64,000 bases of DNA from Carcharhinus longimanus (taxonomy: Eukaryota), in assembly GCA_030264375.1 (NCBI GenBank), contig JASCQW010000132.1, forward strand, positions 74,836,985-74,900,984, read 5' to 3'. The notes below the pieces were generated by a model. It saw only the letters and a list, made by a program, of their open reading frames with translations. It had not been told where the DNA came from and did not search any database. Shown here piece by piece: positions 39,500 to 52,388 of this stretch (position 1 is its first letter; every line of letters begins with the position of its first letter). Both the position numbers and the translations under genes were made by a program.

Positions 39500-39880
39500 T
39501 CTTACTTTCAACTCATCCCATGGTCCTACCCCATATCTGCAGTCTCCACCAGCCTTACATCCTCACATGCTTTGTGCTACTTTAATACAAAGCTGTTCTT
39601 TGTGCCTTCCTTACTTTACCATCACTGCTTGGCACTCATTCAACAATGATGTCTGCCTTACTCTCAAACTCCCTGTCTAGTTTGGACAGCCTTACCACCA
39701 GGTCCACGGCTTTCAAAACTAGCCTTCATAATCTTTCCTTCAAAATTTCTCTTTCCCAAATTTAAACCTTTCCATTTCCTATTTCCTGCTTGCTCGACAC
39801 TTAGCTTTCTTCTTCGTTAATGTAAAGCACTTCAAATATTCTCACCATGAAGGAGAAGTTTTGTGCAAATTCAAGTTATA
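39500..39880 (+). mobile_element. Old L2-type LINE 3' end
   Basis: Pyrimidine-rich body ending tgtaaagcactt..aaattcaagtt, similar to L2/Deu-SINE tails. Confidence 0.45.
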
Positions 39881-41329
39881 TTTCATTATTGTCCTGCATG
39901 ATGAAATGTTTCAATTTGTTTTAAAAAGGCAATTTGACTTTTAAAATACCAAAATGAATGAGAAAATAAAAATACCTCAATTAGATCAATCCACACTTCT
40001 CAGGAAAGAGGAGATTTCTTTGAGGTAAGAACAGAAAGTTTGCTGAATGAAGCCTTACATATTCTGAGATTCATTCAGTTTCAATATATTTAGGACAATA
40101 TACACAAGCAAAGGCAATGACTCATAGGAACTCGATTGCTCCAACAGGGTCATTGTTTGTCCTTGCTTTGAGAGGTTCAGGAACAAAAGCTACGCAACTT
40201 GTTGGCAAGTACCCTGCCAAATTCAAGCATGTGCAGGATTTATACAGTGTTGGCACAAGGGGGAAGTGGCACTGTAATGCCAAATTGGAAGGGAATGCCT
40301 CCAAATCTTTGATAGGAAAGTAAGAACAGGGGAAGTAATCTTACTGCTGTCAACTTCCACTCTTGTGTCGTAAAGGGGAATATAAAGGAGGCACAGATGT
40401 ACTGCTCAACTACTGAAGGAAGGGTTGTTGACACAGGTCACAGGAAGAAGGCAACGGGGGATAGCATTTTGGAATCAAAATATATCATCAACAACAATTG
40501 TCACATGAGTGAAATCAGCAAAATTGACCAGCTGGCAGGTAATCATTATCATGCATACTAAATATTGAAAATTTGGCAAAAAAGTCAAGTTTCCACCTGC
40601 TTTACCACTGCTGCAGGGGTCCGTCACGGACGAGTGGCAGAAGGAAACTGAAGCACTATGATTTCCAACTGTTTTGGCAAAGTCCCTGATTATATCATCC
40701 AGGGGTTACACCTACTTGACTTGTGGCAAGGCACTCCTACCCTTTTATCTTCAGAACAGAAACAGCTGATGAAAACTAAATTGTGTGGAAAGAAAGTGGC
40801 ATGGTGCAAACCTTGCAAAACAGTCCTGTGCACATTTTCCTCTTGTTCCTTATTTTAAGTATCTTTGTGCACATTTATATTATGGGATTTCAGTTTCCAA
40901 CAAATGTCACAGTGGGCGCCGATTGATAATTTGTGAATTCTAATCATGTAAAGATTATTGGCTTGCAAATACTACACATTCTTTTCTCTATTTGCCCAAA
41001 CTGCCCATTATGAACCCAGTCCCAATGTATTAATTTTGGACCAAAGGAGATGAATCAGCTGGTAAAAGAAATAGTTACCTAGGCATAAAAATGAAAGGCG
41101 AATAGTGCACAGTTTACTAAAGAGCATTGCCAATTATAGCCCTCTCCATATCAGCACAAGTAGCACCATGCAATCTTTTTTAATACTATAATTAATCTTT
41201 TTCCTGGCAATAGTAAGACTGCATAAATAATCAGGTCGCATTAAAAACAGAAGGAAACATTGGCTATGAAAAGATTTTACCCTTGATATGAAAAGTAGCG
41301 GTCTCAAATGTTCATGATATTAGACAGTG

Positions 41330-42240
41330 AAGCATTGTGGTCACTAACTGGAATAGTAGCACAGTGCTTCCATTGCTAGACTGCCTGCACAAATGATTGA
41401 GATTCATTAGTTCAAATCCCATTGATTAAGTTAACTTAGGTAAATGAATCTGGACTAAAAGGTTTTATCTCTAATAATGGCCATACAGTGACTAGATTGC
41501 CCTAAAAAAAACACTTTGTCCACAAATGTCCCTTAGAGAAGAGAACCTGCTTTGTTGCTTGGCCTATATGTGACTCCAGATCCACAGAAGTCCATTTGAG
41601 GTTTAACCATTTTAATAGTCCATTTGATGGTTTAACAAGCTACTCAGTTGTGTCAAACCACAACAAATAAGTAATAAAAATAAAACTCACCAGACCTCTG
41701 GTATCAACCTAGACACAGGATTTGGATGTGAGAAATGGAGCCCATCTGATTTGCAAAGATCTAGGTAGTAACGCGTGGAATTTGTGCAAATATTGAGAGA
41801 GGTGTTCCAAAGGCTAGTCCAGCAACAACTATTCTGTTATACTCGTAGAATTAGACCTTTTGGACTCAGCTCCAGACTCTCCCATCTCTTCCAAGACAGG
41901 CCTCCCAAAACAAAACATTGCAGTGTAGTGATATACAGTCAGAATAGAGTGGTCCTGGAATGGAGTGGAAGTCCTCAACATTGACTCTATATGCCAGGAA
42001 GTCTCAGGCATCAAGTTAAACATGGTTGAAGAAACCTCCTGCTGATTACCACTTCCATTCTCCTTGATCTGATGAATTAATACTCATCATTTAGAAGAAG
42101 CACTGAGAGTGGCAAGGACATGGCATGTAATTTGGGAAAGAATTTCAATGTACATTGCCAAGCGTGATTTGCTAGCACAACAATGCAGAGGCCATGCCAG
42201 AGGCAGCAACAGCCAAATCTAAAAATGAGATGCACTCTAG
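41330..42240 (+). mobile_element. Family-B SINE head/body continuing directly into a decayed LINE endonuclease region
   Basis: The head and body (gttcaaatccc..ggcctatatgtgactccaga..ctactcagtt) run into RLVQQQ..ILVE, NLLLITT, HLEEALRVAR and a (D)FNVH-like motif instead of the SINE tail. Confidence 0.7.
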
Positions 42241-42254
42241 TGAAGCAGGACTAT

Positions 42255-42540
42255 ATTAGTGCAGTGGTTAGCACAGCTGCCTCACAGCACCAGGGTTCGA
42301 TTCCCATTTTGGGTCACTGTCTATGGGGAGTTTGCACATTCTCCCTGTGTCTGCATAGGTTTCCTCTAGTTTCGTCCCACAGTCCAAAGATGTGCAAGTT
42401 AGGTGCATTAGCCATGCTAAATTCTCCCTCAGTGTACCTGAACAGGCACCAAGTGTGGCAACTAGGGGATTTTCACAGTAACTTCATTACAGTGTGAAAG
42501 GAAGCCTACTTGTGACTAATGAAATAAACTGTAAGTTTAA
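42255..42540 (+). mobile_element. V-SINE, alternative-tail subfamily
   Basis: Head, V-domain, ggggattttcacagtaacttcatt tail. Confidence 0.9.
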
Positions 42541-42699
42541 ACAGAGAAAGCAGCAGGTTTTAGACAGAACTAAATGATTCCATAAGGAATGGATAAGAAA
42601 AATCAAAGCCTTGCAATCCTGCCACGTCTAGTTGTGAATGTTAGTGGACAATTAAATAACTAAGGAGGAGGAGACTTCATGGGCATCTTTATCCCCAAT

Positions 42700-43090
42700 G
42701 ATTTCAGCACATGGGTACAAAAGACAAGGTCCACGGGGGCAGGGCCTGTAGCTGACTTCATAGCAGGGGGCTCGCTTCATGTGGGCAGGAGAGGACAATG
42801 GGGAGTGGGAGTGGGGGCTGCTGGTGAATGGGGAGGAAGGGAGTTGGGTGCATCTGATGCTGGCAATTAGAGGGGTGGGGTCTTTAATGCTGATTTGAGA
42901 TCAGCGTGCTCTTAAAGGAGCTGGGATTGGTGATGTTATTAGGCTGCACTTCTCACAATGACTTCGCAAAACATGCCCCACTGCTTTGAAACGGCAAGGT
43001 GTGGGAAAATTTGGACGGAAAACCTGCCTGGTAGTCTAGTTTTCAGTCTAAACCCGACACCATGCCATTTTCTGGGAAGATTCCATCCTA
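42700..43090 (-). mobile_element. Harbinger-like MITE fragment
   Basis: The end ..ccattttctgggaagattccatccta mirrors the start at 5422. Confidence 0.4.
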
Positions 43091-43091
43091 A

Positions 43092-43275
43092 GTGGTAAAG
43101 GTTGGGAGTGTATTGGAAGAATACTTTGTAAAAGAAAGATTTCATGGCTTTGGGAAAGATTTCATGGTTTTGGGCAAAGAGCAAAGGAGTAGATCTAACT
43201 GGGTAGCTTTTTCAAAGAGCCAGCACAGTTACGATGGGCTGAATGATCTCCTTCTATGCTGTATAATTCTATGAT
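43092..43275 (+). mobile_element. CR1 3' fragment
   Basis: ttcaaagagccagcacag..gatgggctgaatg..ctgtataattctatga. Confidence 0.8.
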
Positions 43276-43289
43276 AGGTAAGTTGTGAA

Positions 43290-43567
43290 GCATAACGTCC
43301 CACTAGCAACAAATAGAAAGATGACAATTTGTCCTGTTTTGATAAACTAGTTGAGGGAGTTCAGTTGACGAGATTGTGGAAGAATTCTTTTCTCATAATT
43401 AAATAATGCTTTGGCTCTTTTAAGTCCTCAACAGTGCCTTGATTTAGCAAAGCATACAAAAAATGGCACCTTCTACTTTGCAGTACCCTCTTAGTATTGC
43501 ATTGAAGAGTTTTTGGGGATTAAATTTGTAATATTCTGACTGAGGCAAGATTGGCTTCAGCTGACAC
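43290..43567 (-). mobile_element. Degenerate Deu-domain SINE
   Basis: Colinear weak similarity to 30980-31210 and 31730-31778 (tggcacct..gcagtaccctc..tctgactgaggcaaga). Confidence 0.55.
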
Positions 43568-45125
43568 TGATAAACAAGCAGAGAGAGAATTGTTAGAATT
43601 ATTTACAACACTCTGAAACCAAATATTTTCCATTAAAATTATGGCTATGCTTGCAGTTTGGAAATTTAATCTTTATTGCGTAAACACAGTTAGAATGATA
43701 TTTCCACTTCTGTGTATATTATTTACTTATTACCAAACAATCTATTTAACCTACTCAAGAATTGAAAAGAAAATGTGTTTCTTTGCAAAGCACAGGGATA
43801 TTTGTTATCTGAATATATCACTGAAATATATTACTAACTGGGTTAGTTTCAAAAATTTAATAATGCATAGTTTTATAAAGTAGCCCCCAACAGTTCAATG
43901 AAATATTTAATCATTTTGCACAGTTGCCAACAACGTGGCCTGAGACCAGCATTAATTTCGTTGTCATAAGAATCTTACAGCACATAGGACGACCATTTGG
44001 CCCTTCAAAACGACACTTAGTTAAAAATACACAGTGGTCTTAGCAAATGAAATGTCAGGACTCCTACTGTCTTAATGTGAAGGATTTGGGCAAGAAAAGA
44101 CTTGGCAATTGGAAACACACACAGTTTTAACCTTATTTGCATACATATTATATCTTTTACATTGACAAGTAGCAGGAACAACGAAAGTTGATTGACCATA
44201 GGGAATTCCCAGAAAGCAGCCATAACATCATATAATTTACAAGCTAAATTAAAATAATTTGATCTTTGACAGGGAAGAAATGTCAAACAGTAGGCAGTCC
44301 ACTACAAAATATGGTACACAGCGTCTGAATTCGAACTAATTCATGTCAGTCATATCTTTATACATATTTAAGTACGTTTCATGCAAGGTATGATAAATAT
44401 GCAATCTAATGCCTCCTGTGGTTAAGTTAAAAGGGTCTGGGGTCTCCTAAACTAACTGAGATTACTTAAATAAGAAGAAAAAATAGTGTGGGATAGCAGC
44501 CACCGGGTAGGGCTTCCATTAACACCCAGTATTGAACTCAGCAGGTAATTTTCTGCTGTAATTATTTGACTAAGCCTCGGTTTCTCAAAATCTACTTTAC
44601 TGGATTAAAAAAATCTGAATGCATCACTGCATTATTAAAGTTAAAAGAAGCAGTAATATTTTTATAACATTTATGAGTATGTTGGAAATACAAATATTCA
44701 CATTTATCAAAGCCTTCAACTTGCTCTTTAGAATTTCTGGATGACAATTTGTTGTTGGGTTGCTGCAGGCATTTTCCATTCACACTGATAAGGAATAACA
44801 CTTTTCTATAGTATTAGTTGTCCCCATTGCTTTGCTGCTTCTGACGCTCTGAAGTGATAATAAATGTTGAAATGGCTTCATTTGTTGTGTGGTTTCGTAA
44901 ATTTTATTTGAAATCTTTTAAATCATCCCATTTTTGTAGTCTCTGATGGTTCCTGAAAGGTAACTGGGCTATTCCTCTGAGATTTCCTCAGCATTCAAAA
45001 TAGGCATATTTCCTTTAAATTAATTCAGACAAATATATACAAATGAAAAAAAAACTTATTTTCTACATGGACATAAATAACAGGCCAAATGGGGAGCAAA
45101 GACAAAAATCAGTCCAGATGAGTAT

Positions 45126-46326
45126 TGTTACGATCCCTGTAGGGACCAATAACTTTTTGACAAGAAAGGAATCCCACAACACCAATGGAAAGACATTTTC
45201 TGGACTAGATTTCACTTCTTAATTTTTTTTACTGTAATAGCCCAACTAAAGTCAACATAATTCAAACATTAATTAATAGCTGAAGGATATTTCAAATAAA
45301 AAGGTAAATTTTATTTCGAAGTATCGATACAACAAAGATATGCCTCATGTAGTTACAAGCACTCGTATTACTTTTTGCACCTGTGTGGAACACACGCAAT
45401 CTCGTTCTTTGCAACTCAGCCTCCACGACATAAGGTCTCTCACTTTCCACTCAATCATTTCAACCCTTGAGTCATCTTCACCATTCCAACTGAACTTCCA
45501 GGATATGATTACCACTGACAAGGCAAGATAAATCTTTCTCAGGTCACAACTGTCCCGATAATATAGAGACTCCTTTTTCCGATCTGTTTAGATGATCTGC
45601 TTGGTTCTTGCAATACTGAAAGAGCAGAAATGGGCCCCATCCAATCCACAATTTATTGCTCTTTGTGTCTTTAGTACTCTGCTCTTTCTAATTGTACAGT
45701 ACAGAGTAACATGGTCTCTACACTATTCTCAGGGACCTGCTACATCACCCGGATCTGTTCAAAGACTGCCAAACAGAAAACTGTTCCATTTGGAGAGAAT
45801 CTTGCTTATTTCTGCTTTACACAAATTCTCAGTGAATTCTGAACTGCCAAATAGAAAACACTGTGAGACCCAACCTCACTGCAATTAGTTTTCTATTAGT
45901 CCTTTGCTTTTTAGCTGCTCAACCCCATGGCAACCTGAGGTCACATGGGCATTTCTTGGAATCTATCATGTCATAATAAGGAAACCAATGAATTCTCTTC
46001 CAGAATACATCCATACCCATTCTAGTTTTAAGAGAGACTGTACATAAGAAAATAAAGGCTTTCCCTATTTTATACGTCTGTGATGATGCATCACTTTCAA
46101 TAATGGAGACTGCCTGATTATTGGTTAACTTAAATACATTGAAAAATAAATCAGGCAAACCTCTGTTGTGCCTGATTTTCTCTGTGTGACCCACCAAGAC
46201 AATTACTTGTGTCTCAGAGCAAAAGTGTAAAATCTGCTGTAACTTGTGGAAGCATTTGGGTTTGATTACTCTTTGCAAAAAAAAGCCTGTAAAATGTAAC
46301 CTGGATAGACTGTGCTCAAAGTTACA
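45126..46326 (-). mobile_element. Isolated ~1.2-kb LTR (Gypsy-like)
   Basis: The minus strand starts TGTAAC after a G-rich tract (tgggggtgtg) and ends gggatcGTAACA. Minus-strand AATAAA at ~45310. No matching TSD is seen. Confidence 0.55.
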
Positions 46327-46609
46327 CACACCCCCAGGTCACAGCACCGACACAGCAATAAATTGCACAGCCAGCTAATTTAAATACTCAGAGTAAGTGT
46401 AGGCAGCTTAAATAAAGTCTGCAAAGCCTCAAAAGCAGGGCTAGAGTGGGAAGCTGAAGGGACAAGAGACATGGGGAGGCGAAGTGGCACAATGTAAACT
46501 AGGAAATATGTGGACAAAAGCGATTTGATGCAGCTGCAGAAGATAAAGTCCCTGATTCCTGTGAGGTGTATGATAAAATTACATGGCATCACCAGAGCAG
46601 CCAAATGAA

Positions 46610-47063
46610 GTTAAGACCACAAGTAGAAGTAAGCCATTCGGCCCATTGATCTGCTCTGTCGTTCAATGAGACCATGACTGATTTGATGTGATAATCCTCA
46701 TCCCCATTTTCCTACCATATCCCCATAACCCTTGATGCCTTTACTGATAAGAACTTTTCTATCTCAGCCTCCAACATGCATTATGACCCAGATTCTACAG
46801 TCTCTGCAGTAAAGAATTTCTGCAGGGGGATTCACTACCCTCTGAGAAAAGAAATGCATCTGCATTTCACTCTTGAATGGGTGACCCCTTACTTGAGATT
46901 ATGCCCTCTGGTCCTGCACTCTCTCACAAGAGAAAACAACCTGGTAGCATGTACCTTGTCAAGCCACCTGTGAATCCTATCTGTCTCAATAAGGTCACCT
47001 CTCAATCTTTTAAACTTCAATGAGTACAGGCCCAACCTACTCAGCCCCTTCTCAGAAGAAAAT
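46610..47063 (-). mobile_element. CR1 3' fragment abutting/truncating the Gypsy 5' LTR
   Basis: ORF 46889..47347(-) ends LSRLGLYSLKFKRLRGDLIET..RTRGHNLK. Confidence 0.92.
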
Positions 47064-47552
47064 TTGACAGAGTGAGTTGGGGAGCGGTTGGGAGCAGGCC
47101 TGCGTTGTTGTGCAAATTCTTTATTTGTAAATAGCTGCTTCTCATTGAATAAATCTTCTCGTTTTATACCTGCCATATCAAGTTGACTCAAGTTATTACA
47201 CTGGCAATGAGGACAAACTGGATCAGTCATTGTAAGCCCACAGAGCAGAGTTAGAGAGGGAAGAGAGTGATCACTCAAAGTATGAAGGAGAAAAGATACA
47301 GACTTTGTTTTAAAGATGCCAATATTCAGGAAAATAGTGCCATGCAATCCTGCAGTTGATAGTTGAAGGGGAAGTACATTGAGAAGCTGTGTTTATTTAG
47401 TGGAAAGCAAAATAACAACTGAGGTGAAACAGAGCGTGATACTGCTCACAGTCTATGGTCCACAAACGTATCATCTAGTGAGGAGTTTGATGTCACCCAA
47501 AGCTCCAGCCACAAGAACCTTTGACCAGCTGGTCAATTTAGTTAAGGATCAT

Positions 47553-47830
47553 GGGGGTGGCATGGTAGCACAGGATGCTGCACAGAGCCAGGGATCCGGG
47601 TTCAATTCCCGGCTTAGGTCACTATCTGCGTGAATTTGCACATTCTCCCCTTGTTGGCGTGGGTTTCCTCCGGATACTCCAGTTTCCTCCCACATTCTGA
47701 AAGACATGCTGGTTAAGTGCATTGACCCGAACAGGTGTGGACTGTGACTACTAGGGGAATTTCACAGTAACTTCATTGCAGTGTTAATGTAAGCCTTACT
47801 TATGACTAATAAATAAACTTTAAAAACTTT
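47553..47830 (+). mobile_element. V-SINE (alternative tail) inserted in Gypsy gag
   Basis: Interrupts VKDH|YNP. Full head, V-domain and tail. Confidence 0.92.
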
Positions 47831-49337
47831 ATAACCCTTGACCTTCATTTATCATGCAGAGATACAAATTCCATGCTACTGTTAGGGAGACAGCCCCCAG
47901 CTTCATGGCCAAACTTTGATGGCTGGTTGAGCACTGAGACTTTGGGACTTCCTGAGGAGATATGCTGAGGGATTGTTTGGTTTGTGGGATCTAAAACCTC
48001 AACAATCAGAAGAAACTGCTTGCTGAAACTACAATTTCACTAGAAAAAAAATGGAGATGATCCAAACAACTAAGTGCACTGAGGAAGGTGTTTGCGAGCT
48101 GCAAGGCATGCAGAGTGCAGTTGTGGTGGGAAATGGCTGCTTCTAGGAACAGCCTGAGTGAGGGCGCAGTGGGTCCTGAGGAGATAAAGAAGAATCATTC
48201 AGCACCAGGGTCTGAGGCATGGTTTTGGTGTGGAGGAGACCACCCCCAAGAGACATGCCAGTGCAATGGAAGATGGAGAGTGAAGCACGCTGCACAGAAC
48301 ATTCCAAAAAAATAGGGAGCGGTGAATAAAACCCAAGTGGATAAACTGGTGGAGGAACCAAAGGAGGGATCCAAGGCTTACACATTCAACAAGATTCCTA
48401 GCTTGGCTAGAAACCTCATGGAGATTGTTTTAATGGTCAACAACTGGCCCCTGAAAATAGAAGTCGATATGGTGCAGCAGCCACTATCATAGGAGAAAAC
48501 ATATACAGAAGGGTCTGCAACCCTTAAGTCTTGGCCACTCTGGTGACATCCTCTTGAGAGATACTGAAATAGTGGGAACAATGTACGTGTCTGCAACCTA
48601 TGGAAACCAGTCAACTTAGCTCTCCATCATGGAGATTGAAGGACAGATGTCTGGGCTCATGGGACAGGACCAATTAAAACAAGTAAAACTGAACTGGCTG
48701 GAAATATTTAATGTTCAGAGCGGGCCATTCCAAAAGCTCCTATGCAAGTATCAGGGGGTGTTCCAGAGAGAACTTGGTCAAATAAAAAGGGTCTCTCCCA
48801 CACCTAAAATTTACCTAAACACTGAAGCCACACTTAAGTTTTTCTGAGCTTGCCCAGTGCCCAGAAAGTAAAGGTTGAACTGAAGAGATTGAAAGACCTG
48901 GGCATCATCAAGCTTGTGCAGTTTTCCAAATGGGCATGTACATTGTTCCTGTCCTGAAATTGGACCGCACCATGAGAGTCTGTGGGGACCAAAAACTAAC
49001 AGTAAGCTCAGCTGAATCATTGTCACATTCCAAGGATAGAAAGACCTCTATGCTAGTCAGTAGGGAGCCTCAGATATACAAAGTTAGACCCAAGTCTTGC
49101 TTATCAACAGCTGGAACTAGAAAAAGACTCCAGGAAGTTAGTTACAATAAATAACCACAAGGGTTTAAGTCAGTACAACCATTTTCCATTTGATGTTTCA
49201 TCAGTTTGCACCATTTTTCAATACAACATGGATAGCCTGTTACAAGGAATCCCCAAAATGGTAGTATACTTGGACAATGTCTTAGTTACAGGAGTTTGGC
49301 CTGAAGAATATGCTGCAAATATGGAGGAGGTCCTCAA

Positions 49338-49399
49338 GAGGCAGCAGTGCTAACCACTGTGAGGCAGTAGTGCTAAACACTGTGCCACCATGCTGCCCC
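49338..49399 (-). mobile_element. V-SINE 5'-end-only fragment with a 23-bp duplication, inside Gypsy RT
   Basis: gaggcagcagtgctaaccactgt x2 followed by gccaccatgctgcccc is the reverse complement of the SINE head. Confidence 0.85.
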
Positions 49400-52388
49400 A
49401 AGGTTAGGTACCTAGGATTCAGATTAGATGCAAAGACATTGCAGCCCCTCAAAGAAAAGTTCGAAGCTATTAAAGGAGTGCCTGCACCTAGGAATGTGAC
49501 AGAACTGAAGTCCTTCCTAGGAATGGTCAATTACTATGGAAGGTTCCTGCCGAATGCATCAACAAATCTGGCCTCCCTACACCATCTTTCAAATAAAACA
49601 TCATCACGGTAACTGGGGAGACATGCATGAAGAGGCTTTGTCCAAGTAAAACAGGCTTTACAATCACTGACATTGCTCACTCACTTCAACCTGAGAAAAC
49701 CATTAGTAGTCACTTGTGATGCCTCACCATACAAAACTGGAGTAGCTTTATCCCATAGAATGGCAGATGGGATGGACAGACCAATTGTGTTTGCTTCGAG
49801 GACTTTGTCAGATGCTAAGAAAGATACTTACAAATCATTAAAGAAAGCCTAACGCTTATCTTTGCTGTGAAGAAATTTCATCAGTACATCTATGGATGCC
49901 ACTTCATAATCGCGTCAGACCATAAGCCATTGTTGGGGCTTATCCGTGAGGATAAATCAATGCACCCTATTGCCTCAGCCAGGGTACAGAGATGGGTCTT
50001 TGACAGCAATGGGGCCCTAATTGTCCACGACTTAATTGCTTTGCACTTCCTGGACACCTTGCCTACCTCGGCAGCCCTCATTAAGTTGTGGACAGATAGG
50101 GACATATTGTTGTCAAAGGTCAATAAAATGGTGCTGGCAGGGTGCCACTTCGAAAAGGCAGAGCACATGAAGCTGTATTTGCCACGCAGAGTCGAGATAA
50201 CCTGCGAAAATGGAGTGCTATTGTGGAAGGCTTGTGTCATCGTGCTACCCCCAGCATGATAGCCCCCGCACCAAGAGCTAAAATATTGGCCAGATGCTAC
50301 CTACATCTGGTGGCCTGGCATTGACAGAGAAATTGAACAAATTGTGGGGCAGTGTGAAAGTTTTCAGACCCAGCAAATGTTACCACCAACGGTGATCCTG
50401 CACAACCTGGGAATGGCTGCACTGTCTGTAGCGCTGGCTTCAGATAGATTTAACTGGGCCTTTTTTGGGGCATGTTCTTGATTCTAGTAGATGCTCATTC
50501 CAAGTGGCTGGATGTTCAGCCATTGCTACATCTACTATTGATAAATTGGGGAAGATCTTCATCATCCATGGTCTTCCCAAAGTATTGGCATCAGACCATG
50601 GAACAGCATTCACAGCTGACAAACTTCAGACTTTCGTCAGGTCCAATGACACTCATCATATCAGGTCAGCTCCTTACTATTTGGCCTCAAGTGGGTTGGC
50701 AGAGTGAGTTGTGCAAACATTCAAGGCTTCTGTGAAGAAGCAGGCTCATTGGTCATTGCCATTGCAATTGGCAAGATTTTTGCTGTCCTTCAACACTACT
50801 CCATATGCCACCAGAGGGATCATGCCTGCAGAACTGCTAATGGACCAGTGCCTGCATACCCATTTAGACTTAGTGTTCCCAAATTTATTAGGGAGCATTA
50901 GGGCTAAAAAGCACACCATGACTCTCAGAAAGTCGACAACCTGGTTTTGGCAAGGAATTTTGGTGCCAGGGAAGACAGTGGAGAAGACAGGGCCAGTTTT
51001 GTAGGTGGTGGAGGCACAGGATTGTCAAGTGAAAAAGCATGTCAACAATATGTACAAGAGGATAGAGGCAGCTCCAGGAGACAAGCAAGTAGGTCCTGTA
51101 TTTGTTTCATCTGTATCAGGTTCTGATCTTGAGGTCTCAACACCTAGGGTTAGATCAAGGGAGCCTCTGATTTTGGTGGCCAAGGCAGAAGGGGCCAACA
51201 ACAGAATTAGCTAATTCATCTGCTCCTTTTGTGGATTCTGTTTCTTTGACTGCTGAGCGGACCCTGGCAGAGTTGCTGTGTTCCACACGGGTCCAAAACT
51301 CTCCGGACAGATTGACATTATGAACTAACCTCCCCCTGATGTTCCCACGGCAACATTGTTGCCTGCACATCTATGTGTATAACTGTTCTTCTCTTTGAGC
51401 TACACCAATGTAATCAAAGACTTAAGGGGGAAGGAGTGTAGTAGCGTGGCCCCTTTAAGAGATGATCTTTTGCAGCCACATGACTAGACCACAGCCAATC
51501 GAGAATGCAGCCCGCATATCTCTGGGGCTGGAAGTCAGCAGAGCAAGTTGGGGAACTGTTGGGAGCAGAGCTGTGTTACTGTGTTGCAAATCCTTTAGTT
51601 GTAAATAGTTGCTTCGCATTGAATAGATCTTGTTTTACACCTGCCATATCAAGTCTATCTGACAGCCATCCTATTCCCCTTGTGGAAATCACTCTCACTT
51701 TTGCTCCTGCCACACAAATTAGACTCCAGAACAGATGATCGCAGCCAACATATCTCATGCAGTTTCTTTTGACTTTACAATTTTCCAACTAATATTTCAG
51801 CATATTATATTCAGTACTATTTACTACATACTAAGACTGAAATGAAAATTAATCATATTCCACTTTGCTTCTGGCCTGTGTAAGTTCTTTATAATTTTAT
51901 CATACGGATGATTCTATTTTGAAATCAGTTACACGGACATTAGAAAATCAGAAATTTGCTCTAAAGACTATTGGCTTCATTTATTTTGGTTTTGATTCAT
52001 TTATATCCTTGAAGTCCAGTCTCAGCATTTGGCCTGGCCTTTCCTGTTCGCAGCAAAGCGATGGTGTCCACCTCTGATCGCACAAAAGACAAAAATACTT
52101 GGCTGGTTTGTGAGCTGCTGAGGCAACTTCCTCTTCTTCCTGCAGCAGGGCCCAGCAGTGAGACCAGCAGCAACTCTTCCAGCATCGTGTACTGCCAGGA
52201 AAACTGATGATTGCTGCTGTTCTGAATAACAGCAATCATTAGCTGATCAGCCTGTCAATTTGGAATTGTATATGGACCAGATTGGCTGCCTAGGACACTG
52301 ACCTTCTAGACTGGCAGGCCATTTAGCCAATGAGCCCTGCACCCCACACCCTCCCCACCTGCATGCCAGAGGCACAATTCTTGGTGAT

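Larger units (their letters stand above)
47065..51655 (+). mobile_element. Gypsy LTR retrotransposon (K02A2.6/Mag-like), decayed, gag-PR-RT-RH-IN with both LTR remnants
   Basis: 5' LTR remnant ends ..ttattaCA (47200). PBS tggcaatgagga (tRNA-Ser-like). Gag ILLTVYGPQTYHLVRSLMSP; RT VYLDNVLVTG and ELKSFLGMVNYYGRF; RH CDASPY..RPIVFASRTL and DHKPL; IN LILVDAHSKW..HGLPKVLASDHGTAF. PPT 51421-51436; the 3' LTR starts TG at 51437. Confidence 0.95.

Noticed and set aside
47315-51320. Domesticated Gypsy-derived host gene
   Set aside because: It has many stops and frameshifts, a mutated catalytic motif (YLDN) and SINE insertions, which indicates neutral decay.
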